In this document: one piece after another, positions 8,382 through 15,434 of the stretch | Layout of the letters: each line of letters opens with the position of its first letter | Position numbering within the stretch: position 1 is the first letter of the stretch | Virus record (IMG/VR): IMGVR_UViG_3300020043_002150 | Location: 1-39,456 of that record | Direction: 5' to 3' (one strand) | Length of the DNA: 39,456 nucleotides | Source of the DNA: a virus | Taxonomy: Duplodnaviria; Caudoviricetes | Position numbers and translations under genes: made by a program | The notes under the pieces: generated by a model | Told to the model about the DNA's origin: nothing | The model's input: the letters and a program-made list of their open reading frames with translations, nothing else | Database searches by the model: none

Positions 8382-10017
8382 AAATATCATCAAAAAAGTC
8401 ATCATTTTGCTGATCTTGTAGTATTTTAGCCCTGATTTTCTCCAATTGTGTAGCATTTGGTAGGTTTTTCACCTCAATTTCCAGGTCTGTGTTAGTAGTT
8501 GTTAGCACTTGTGGTGACTCAACTCCTAACACTTTTGCCAGATCCTGATACACATCTTCCCAGTCCTGAAGATCAACAACATCTGGATTTTGTATGGTAT
8601 AGTAAGTATAGTTTCGTTCTACACTTTTTCTAACATACTTGTTTTTGCTCATCATTTTACCCCAAGCGGTCAAACTCAGTTTTCTATCACTGCCACCGTG
8701 GTCATCGTGCCATCTACTATATTGTTCGTAAAGCACACTGGCTTTATAACTATGATTGTTATTGCGTTCCAGTGTATCATCGCTGTCTAACCAAACGCTT
8801 ACAGGATTATTCACGCTTTCCAAAATACTCTTTTTAATCTTATTGATAAAACTATAGTTGCTGAATTGTATGTCCAGTTTAACCGTTTCTAAAACATAGG
8901 CAAAGCCTTCAGCCATTTCGATTGGTCTATCAATTGTCTGTCGTTTGATAGCACTGGCATATCTAACCCAGTTAGGGTCTTCTGTAGTTTTAATAAACTG
9001 ATTACGACGATCACTTGGTCCAATCTTTATTGGACATTCGTTATTGGTAGTAAAGATGTAATTGGCTGTATTGATAATAGCAAACGGAGTTGTATTACGC
9101 TTGTTGATCATCAGTGTAGGTTCATTACAATGGCTTTTAACCCATCTGTCCCAGTCAAACTTTTGACCTTCATCATCAAACTCATTTACTTCGATTAGTT
9201 GTTTGCCAACAAGGTGATCGTTCCAGCCTTTAATAATATCACTGCTACTTAAACCACCAACAGCGTTATTACCCATAATAAGTTTCATCAAACTTAAAAG
9301 CGTTCCTTTACCGTTGCCCTGTAATTCTCCGACAAACCACAGATTGGTTAGTAAATTGATACCTGGACGCTGAACTAACGCTGCCAACCATTTCATAACA
9401 AACTTAAAATCATCGTTGGTATAAGTGTCGTCTTTTATCTGTTTCCAAAGCATATCTGCTTCTATTTTGCTGTCTTCGTTCAACATCTCACCATTACATA
9501 AACTACGATAAACCAATCTGGTCATCAGTTTGCCATAAGCAAGATGCTGTTCATTACCAGGCAAACTATTGTCACGCCATTCGTTGAGATAACGCTTACC
9601 GCTGTATGATATAAACTTTGGACCAATAGGTATGCTCATTCTGGCATCAACCTGCGGACAACTTCCAATCACGCCCAAGCCTTCATTCTTTTTAACTAAT
9701 CCAGTGCCAGCATCCATATAATGAACAAAGCCACTAAAATAAGTTTCAATAAGTTCTTGCGTGACCACGCTACCGTTTGGTAGTCTATAGTTTAAGAATA
9801 TATTAAATGCGTGTTTCTTGGCATCCTGATCTTTAAAACTACTCCAACCTAAAGTCTCTGGATTGTATATAAAATACTCTCCGTCGATCTTACTGATATA
9901 CTCTGTTAGTTGTCTTAAATCTGCTATCAGTGTATTGTTGCTGTTTGATAACCAAATGTGATCCTCAAACGCATACTTCGTGTAAATGTTCTTATCTACA
10001 CCACTTTGTTTTTTCAT
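8377..10017 (-). CDS. SF3-type replicative helicase (DUF5906 / NrS-1 / D5-like)
   Basis: WLAALVQRPG, Walker A GELQGNGKGT, Walker B LIEVNE, sensor IFTTN and SDRR. Confidence 0.85.
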   Translation of the reverse strand: MKKQSGVDKNIYTKYAFEDHIWLSNSNNTLIADLRQLTEYISKIDGEYFIYNPETLGWSSFKDQDAKKHAFNIFLNYRLPNGSVVTQELIETYFSGFVHYMDAGTGLVKKNEGLGVIGSCPQVDARMSIPIGPKFISYSGKRYLNEWRDNSLPGNEQHLAYGKLMTRLVYRSLCNGEMLNEDSKIEADMLWKQIKDDTYTNDDFKFVMKWLAALVQRPGINLLTNLWFVGELQGNGKGTLLSLMKLIMGNNAVGGLSSSDIIKGWNDHLVGKQLIEVNEFDDEGQKFDWDRWVKSHCNEPTLMINKRNTTPFAIINTANYIFTTNNECPIKIGPSDRRNQFIKTTEDPNWVRYASAIKRQTIDRPIEMAEGFAYVLETVKLDIQFSNYSFINKIKKSILESVNNPVSVWLDSDDTLERNNNHSYKASVLYEQYSRWHDDHGGSDRKLSLTAWGKMMSKNKYVRKSVERNYTYYTIQNPDVVDLQDWEDVYQDLAKVLGVESPQVLTTTNTDLEIEVKNLPNATQLEKIRAKILQDQQNDDFFDDIC

Positions 10018-10871
10018 TGTTTTACTCCTCTAATGTTAAACTCTATCTTTTCCATTTTCTTTTTAATGCCTGCCATAAAGTATAAACTACCGATAGTCGG
10101 TGACTTTGCTTTATTCCAGGTTTTATACAAGTTATCATACTCGCCTCGCTCACGCTCGGGATAATATTGTGTCATTAAAAGTTTAGCAACGCCTCTACCA
10201 AGTTCGTGTGCTACAGCCCAACTTACTCTTGACCATTCATCGTAGGTCAATGCTGGTCTTCGTTGTTTGAGCACCGCTAACGCTTGCTCAACATCTGCGA
10301 CCTGAGCATCTGTTAGTGTGTCCAACGATACTTCAGGAGTTAGGTCAGGCTCTATTACTTTATCTCCTGCGATCTGTTCTAACCAGGCTAATAAAATACT
10401 ATCTGGTAAAGTATCCACAGGGTTAGTAGCATCTATCAACCAGAAGTAAGGTTGATGTGTATCTGGATGTATGCTTGGTGGTAGAACGCTTTGTCCGCCT
10501 GCCCATCTAAACTCAAAACCTTCACGGTCACCAGTAGCAACCTTTTTAGTTTTAAGCACATCCCAATATTCTTCTGGCACCCAAAACGCCATTTGGCAAC
10601 GGTCTGTTTTACCGCTTGACCAACTAACACTCTTCAACGCTGTTATGTCAATGCCGTGTTCAGTAGCCCAAGTCCAAGCACTGGTGCCATCAAAGTCAAT
10701 AGCACACACGCCATTACCTTTCGGACCTAATATTAAACCAATGTTCTGGCTGTCTATTCGGTCTAATGGTAATGGATTGTTTTGCCAGTCTGCTGGATAT
10801 GGTTTTTTCTCACCGCCACGCACTCGACAATACAGCCAGTTTGGTTGATGTTCGAGTATTGTATCACGCAT
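10014..10871 (-). CDS. Bifunctional DNA primase/polymerase (Prim-Pol) with PriCT-2-like C-terminal domain
   Basis: K.P...W, NIGL, AIDFD, GGQSVLPPSIHP...Y.W motifs; C-terminal YDEW..V..A...W......TIGSL. Confidence 0.88.
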   Translation of the reverse strand: MRDTILEHQPNWLYCRVRGGEKKPYPADWQNNPLPLDRIDSQNIGLILGPKGNGVCAIDFDGTSAWTWATEHGIDITALKSVSWSSGKTDRCQMAFWVPEEYWDVLKTKKVATGDREGFEFRWAGGQSVLPPSIHPDTHQPYFWLIDATNPVDTLPDSILLAWLEQIAGDKVIEPDLTPEVSLDTLTDAQVADVEQALAVLKQRRPALTYDEWSRVSWAVAHELGRGVAKLLMTQYYPERERGEYDNLYKTWNKAKSPTIGSLYFMAGIKKKMEKIEFNIRGVKQ

Positions 10872-10872
10872 A

Positions 10873-11100
10873 TTACATTAGTCTTATACCAATAGCATCT
10901 AATTTAGAAGCAATATCCTGTAAGTTATCAACTACATTTTTTTGATCATTACTATTTTCAGCAATAAGGTGTAAAGCACCTGATATATCTTCTGTATAAT
11001 TGCTGTTGGCAGCAATCTCATCTAATCGTTCTGTAATGCTTGCCATATGTGCGTTTAACTTTCTCAAGTTATCTATCAACAATCCTTCAAACTCTGTCAT
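10873..11100 (-). CDS. Hypothetical coiled-coil protein
   Basis: 75 aa with heptad pattern; ATGA-coupled to the upstream gene. Confidence 0.7.
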   Translation of the reverse strand: MTEFEGLLIDNLRKLNAHMASITERLDEIAANSNYTEDISGALHLIAENSNDQKNVVDNLQDIASKLDAIGIRLM

Positions 11101-11789
11101 TTCATTTCCCTTTCATATTTTAATACAAGTTCGTTATACTCTTCTTGAGTAATCTGTCCGTTATTTAACTCATCCATCAACAAGTCCATTGTTTCCATAA
11201 TCAATTTAGTTTTACGGCTATGGTCTTGTAGTTGTATTAGTTGAGCATTCTCTCGTGCCATTTTCTTTTTGGCTCGCTCAGCATTTTCTTTTCTTACCTT
11301 TTCGGCATAGACTTGTAAGTCTGCTACAATCTTTTTACCAATCGGTGTTAGTTGTCCATTACCATCTCTGAGATAACTTATGCTACGCTGTGTTCTATAT
11401 TTGGTAATGTCACTGGCTGTAGTAATATCTTTGCGATTGATAATTTCTGTGAGAAAATCTCCTGCTTTCATATTGGTCAATGGATAACCTTCGTAGAACG
11501 CTATGTTCGCTTCGGCGTTCCGCCTCGCGAACTTTAATATCCATTCATACTCTGTGTCATCATCTGTTTCAATCTTGTGTAATGGTATTAGTTTATACTC
11601 AATGCCCATTTCAATTAAACTTCTTGCCCACTGATACTTGTAAGTATTGTATTCAGCGTGGTTTGGATTTAATGGATTGTTCAGATGCTCTTGGCGTCTG
11701 CGTTCTACATCGTTGGTGTGACCAACATAAAAGACGATTGGTTCGTCATCGGCTTCAAAAGCCAACACATATAAAGTGCTTGTTGTCAT
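11097..11789 (-). CDS. GIY-YIG nuclease-domain protein with helical C-terminus
   Basis: LYVL...FYVGHTNDVERRRQEH...E.EWI...LTN motif. Confidence 0.8.
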   Translation of the reverse strand: MTTSTLYVLAFEADDEPIVFYVGHTNDVERRRQEHLNNPLNPNHAEYNTYKYQWARSLIEMGIEYKLIPLHKIETDDDTEYEWILKFARRNAEANIAFYEGYPLTNMKAGDFLTEIINRKDITTASDITKYRTQRSISYLRDGNGQLTPIGKKIVADLQVYAEKVRKENAERAKKKMARENAQLIQLQDHSRKTKLIMETMDLLMDELNNGQITQEEYNELVLKYEREMK

Positions 11790-11804
11790 AGTATTCCTTT
11801 CTAA

Positions 11805-11837
11805 CTATACTATTATTTATCCTTGTATTCAGATATT
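11805..11837 (-). promoter_or_regulatory. Extended promoter AATATCTGAAT-N5-GATAAATA heading the nuclease-primase-helicase operon
   Basis: Bipartite motif plus the shared AATAGTATAG leader. Confidence 0.75.
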
Positions 11838-11853
11838 TGTGAATAAAAACAAT

Positions 11854-11887
11854 AAAAAAACCCCGAAAACGGCAATAATCGGGGTTT
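11854..11887 (-). terminator. Intrinsic terminator
   Basis: AAACCCCGA...TCGGGGTTT stem ending in a T7 tract on the minus strand. Confidence 0.8.
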
Positions 11888-11960
11888 AGTGTAGTAGCGT
11901 ATTAGAAAGGGATATACATTAGAGGATAAACAAGATGAATGCCAACTTGTTTGCTACTAC
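11854..11960 (-). ncRNA. Putative ~105-nt small RNA with an exposed anti-SD loop
   Basis: TAAATA (11966-11971) plus N5 puts +1 at 11960, the first base of an 8-bp closing stem. Internal 7-bp hairpin, CU-rich single-stranded loop and terminator follow. Confidence 0.6.
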
Positions 11961-11964
11961 AATA

Positions 11965-12141
11965 CTATTTAGTCAATGTCTTCAGTAAATCATTAAACTC
12001 ACTGGCTGTTTCTACTTCTAAAACCAGTTCATATATCTCAGCACATTGTTCTGGGAACTTGCTTTGGAGTATCATAGCATACTCAGTATCGTCAGTTTTA
12101 AATGCTTGATAGAAATGTGTTAGAAGTTCGAGGTGCGTCAT
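11965..12141 (-). CDS. Hypothetical 58-aa protein (absent from the ORF track)
   Basis: Hand translation MTHLELLTHFYQAFKTDDTEYAMILQSKFPEQCAEIYELVLEVETASEFNDLLKTLTK. Ends ACT AAA TAG over a TAAATA box. Confidence 0.55.
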   Translation of the reverse strand: MTHLELLTHFYQAFKTDDTEYAMILQSKFPEQCAEIYELVLEVETASEFNDLLKTLTK

Positions 12142-12379
12142 TGTTCAAATCCATAAATTCACTCCATATTGCTACGAGTTTATCTACCATTTCATAGTCA
12201 TATTTGCCAACGATGTAAGTCATTTTGGCATCGTGTATTTCACTGCCTAAAGTGACCATACCATCTTTAGGTTCAAGATAGACCAAGAGATGATCATTGT
12301 CCAAGTAAATCTTGCCGTTATCTATTTCTATGCTGGGGCAAAAGTCAGCAAACCAACGAGTTAGATCTTGTTTGTTCAT
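12098..12379 (-). CDS. Hypothetical protein
   Basis: 3' part of track ORF 12098..12490. ATG 12379 (MNKQDL) avoids overlap with the upstream gene. Confidence 0.6.
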   Translation of the reverse strand: MNKQDLTRWFADFCPSIEIDNGKIYLDNDHLLVYLEPKDGMVTLGSEIHDAKMTYIVGKYDYEMVDKLVAIWSEFMDLNNDAPRTSNTFLSSI

Positions 12380-12405
12380 ACTAATACTTATGCCAGCCTG
12401 CCAAA

Positions 12406-12771
12406 TCACAGCACATAACTGCGTTGTTTTTTGATTTTTGGTGCTCTGGTATGTTGCCAATGTGCCTTTGGATTTACTCTTGCCAACCACAGATCATACT
12501 CTGCTTGTTGTTCTTCAGGCACATACAACACGGTGACCCAAGCGTCTTTACTTCGGTCTTTGTAAATGACTTGATCTTCTATACCAACACATTCAACTGG
12601 TCTGTCAGTGACTACTGCTCTGTTATAGTTGTCAGGTTCAGGCACGGTATATGGTGTATCTCCGTGTAGTTTGTTCCAGCCTATTTGTTTAGCAATAGGT
12701 ATTCTGGGATCAATGTATTCTCTTCGGGGTGCCTGCGTATTGTAGCACCAACTCATTGCTCTGTTTGCCAT
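12406..12771 (-). CDS. Hypothetical protein
   Basis: 121 aa; TAAATA(12777-12782)-N5-ATG leaderless start. Confidence 0.75.
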   Translation of the reverse strand: MANRAMSWCYNTQAPRREYIDPRIPIAKQIGWNKLHGDTPYTVPEPDNYNRAVVTDRPVECVGIEDQVIYKDRSKDAWVTVLYVPEEQQAEYDLWLARVNPKAHWQHTRAPKIKKQRSYVL

Positions 12772-12775
12772 ACAC

Positions 12776-13051
12776 TTATTTAAGATAAATCGCTACAGCA
12801 CTTATACTGGCAACTATTATAGTTCCCAGGGTGGCAATAATCTGAACATCCCTGCGACTATTGGCTTTCTCAATGGCAAGTTTAATCTCAAGAAAGTTTG
12901 ATTGGAGTGTTTTACTAACATCACTGATTTTACCTTCAAGCGTAGTAAGTCTGGCTTCGACATTATCCAACCTTTCTTCAAGATTTTTATAGCGTAGTTC
13001 GCATAGTTGTATATGACCTTTCAAGGTCGTTTCTTTAAACTGATCTGTCAT
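12776..13051 (-). CDS. Coiled-coil protein with C-terminal transmembrane helix (holin-like candidate)
   Basis: H..LC..RY coiled coil followed by hydrophobic IIATLGTIIVASISAVAIYL. Confidence 0.6.
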   Translation of the reverse strand: MTDQFKETTLKGHIQLCELRYKNLEERLDNVEARLTTLEGKISDVSKTLQSNFLEIKLAIEKANSRRDVQIIATLGTIIVASISAVAIYLK

Positions 13052-13224
13052 TCCATTACCCCAAAGAATGCTTCTGCTTCTTCAAGCGTATCAAACCAAT
13101 ACCATCCATCAATGGGATATGTATGTTGATCTTTAGTTTCTGCTCGTAGTTCATAGTCCGCACTTATTACAAAGTTAGGTCCTTCAAGCAAATATTTGTT
13201 GTCTTCGTATTTGTAAAAACTCAT
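13048..13224 (-). CDS. Small tail-fibre-associated protein (chaperone-like)
   Basis: Likely ATG 13224 in ATGA overlap; YPIDGWYWFD..EEA motif; follows the LRR protein. Confidence 0.6.
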   Translation of the reverse strand: MSFYKYEDNKYLLEGPNFVISADYELRAETKDQHTYPIDGWYWFDTLEEAEAFFGVME

Positions 13225-15107
13225 CCTGTCACCGTCCATCCTTTGGCTGTAGCAATCGATGGGTTATCTGTAGCAGTTCCCCAGTTGCCTGTCACCGTTA
13301 TTGTTTTACCAGCACCTGTGGCACTGAGATTAGTATATACTTCATCCAAGGCTGTTCCGCTCAAGTTATTACTGGCTATACTAAATGAAGCGTTCATACC
13401 TGTAGCCCTAAATCTACTTAAACTTCCAATATTATTAAACGCAGCCGTGTAAGTAGTTGCCGCACTGAGATTCCAGGCTGGGATTTCTTCTAAACAATAA
13501 CAACCTAAACACATACTACCTACATTGGTTATAGTAGTTGTATCAAATGTTGGTAATGAAGTCAAACTATAGCAGTTAGCAAATATAGAAGAAATATCAG
13601 TTGGTCCAGCAAAATCATAAAGTGGCACACTTGTTAAACTATAGCAGTTGTTAAACATTGTGCCTATTGATGTTGCTGATGAAGTATTCATTGCTGGTGC
13701 CGTAGTTAAACTATAGCAGTTTTGGAACATATTAGCAAAACTCGTGCCGCTATTAGTATTAGTAGTTGTCACTCCAGAATCAAATGATTGTAAACTTGAG
13801 CAGTTTAAGAACATACTTGAGTAAGTAGTCACACTTGTAGTCACAAATGGATTAAACACTTTCATAGAGTAGCAGTTTTGGAACATTGAACCAATGTTAG
13901 TTAAACTGGCACTTGTGATTATTACTGGACTTTCGATCATACTAAAACAACTGGCAAAAGCACTTGAAGCGTTAGTGACATTTGTCCAACTAAAACTTGG
14001 AAATGTTCTAACACCAGCACAATTCGAAAATATAGAAGTAGCACTAACTAACGCTAACCATTTCATATCAGGTATTGTAGTAAGATTTTGACAACTGGCA
14101 AAAGCACTTGTAGCAGTAGTCACGGTAGAAAAATTATATGCTGGAATACTTTTTAATTTAGCACATCCACTAAACATACTACTTATATCTGTAAGACTGG
14201 CTGAAGTTGTTATAAAAGGAGCAACTTCTAAACTTTGACAACCACTAAAGATACTGGTCATAGTTGTAGTAGAAGCAAAATAAGTATGAAAATCACTGGG
14301 AAAATATTTTAAGTTAAAGCAGTTGATAAACATAGAGTTTGTTGCTGCCGCATTGAATCCAGATAAACTTGGGCACATTACTAAACTGCTACATCCACTA
14401 AACATACTATTTGCTTGACCTGTTGTAGTTTTAACAAAGCCATTGACCGTGATAAGATTTACACAACCAAAAAATAAAAAAGCCGCACCTGTAAAAGTCA
14501 CGGTAGAACCCAAATCTACTTGACGCAAGTTTAACATATTAGCAAAACCATTGGTGATACTTAAACCAGCACTGACTTTTTGAATGTAAATATGTTCTAA
14601 TAACGGAAATCTAACTTGAGTGCTTGCTACACTGGTGCTTGTCGCAAAACTGAAAGTAGAGCAGTTTGGTGTTATGATCTGTAGATCTAACATATTTTGA
14701 GGAAAACCTGCGGTTGTAAAACCTGTGGGTCTTGTGGTAAAATTCACGCCAGTAATAGTTCCTGATGTTGTAATAACAATCATACCCTGTTTATAAACTT
14801 CACTGGTAGTAGTTAAAGCAGGATCGCTAAAACTATATTGGTGACTGGCTAACGCATTACTGGCGTAAGTGTTTGAAGTGCCATCACCCCAATCCACTGA
14901 TGTTGTGCCTGTGCCTGTAATAGTAAAACTTACATAGTTGCTGGCATTGTCAAAAACAGCATACAATATATTGATTTGTGTTGCTGTATCTGGTAAAACA
15001 GGCATAGCCAGCCAGTTGGCATTTCTGGTCCAAGTAGGCAGGTCAAGATACTCTGCTTGCCATTCTTTAGCCGCTGTTGTTCTTACTGCTTGTGTGCCGA
15101 AACTCAT
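13221..15107 (-). CDS. BspA/DUF285-like leucine-rich-repeat protein (putative adhesin or receptor-binding protein)
   Basis: About 15 repeats of [MAI]FxxCxxLxxxP with a ~23-24 aa period; N-terminal PKD-like VDWGDG. Confidence 0.8.
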   Translation of the reverse strand: MSFGTQAVRTTAAKEWQAEYLDLPTWTRNANWLAMPVLPDTATQINILYAVFDNASNYVSFTITGTGTTSVDWGDGTSNTYASNALASHQYSFSDPALTTTSEVYKQGMIVITTSGTITGVNFTTRPTGFTTAGFPQNMLDLQIITPNCSTFSFATSTSVASTQVRFPLLEHIYIQKVSAGLSITNGFANMLNLRQVDLGSTVTFTGAAFLFFGCVNLITVNGFVKTTTGQANSMFSGCSSLVMCPSLSGFNAAATNSMFINCFNLKYFPSDFHTYFASTTTMTSIFSGCQSLEVAPFITTSASLTDISSMFSGCAKLKSIPAYNFSTVTTATSAFASCQNLTTIPDMKWLALVSATSIFSNCAGVRTFPSFSWTNVTNASSAFASCFSMIESPVIITSASLTNIGSMFQNCYSMKVFNPFVTTSVTTYSSMFLNCSSLQSFDSGVTTTNTNSGTSFANMFQNCYSLTTAPAMNTSSATSIGTMFNNCYSLTSVPLYDFAGPTDISSIFANCYSLTSLPTFDTTTITNVGSMCLGCYCLEEIPAWNLSAATTYTAAFNNIGSLSRFRATGMNASFSIASNNLSGTALDEVYTNLSATGAGKTITVTGNWGTATDNPSIATAKGWTVTG

Positions 15108-15433
15108 TATGCGATTTCACTTCCAAATAGGTTAAATGATACCGTAGCCGTGCCAGCCAAAACACTGACTACATCAGTAGTTTCTAATGCTATGCCCAAT
15201 GTTAAAAACATTGTATCATTACTATTTACGGTGTTGTCATAAACAATATAATGTTTGGCATTGATAGCCGCACCTGCTGGACGAACGGCTACCCTGACCG
15301 TAGTTGTCACGCCTTGATTACATATTGTCAATGTGCTGCCAACTGCTTGAGTTGCCGCTGGCACCGTGTATAGTGTTGTTAGTGTTGATGCCGCTGGGAT
15401 GACTTGTCCCAATACTTTGTATGTTGCTGCCAT
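15107..15433 (-). CDS. Small virion structural protein
   Basis: 108-aa beta-sandwich pattern (YKVLGQ..P...LYTVP...F.LFGSE), typical of aquatic phage fibre loci. Confidence 0.7.
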   Translation of the reverse strand: MAATYKVLGQVIPAASTLTTLYTVPAATQAVGSTLTICNQGVTTTVRVAVRPAGAAINAKHYIVYDNTVNSNDTMFLTLGIALETTDVVSVLAGTATVSFNLFGSEIA

Positions 15434-15434
15434 A

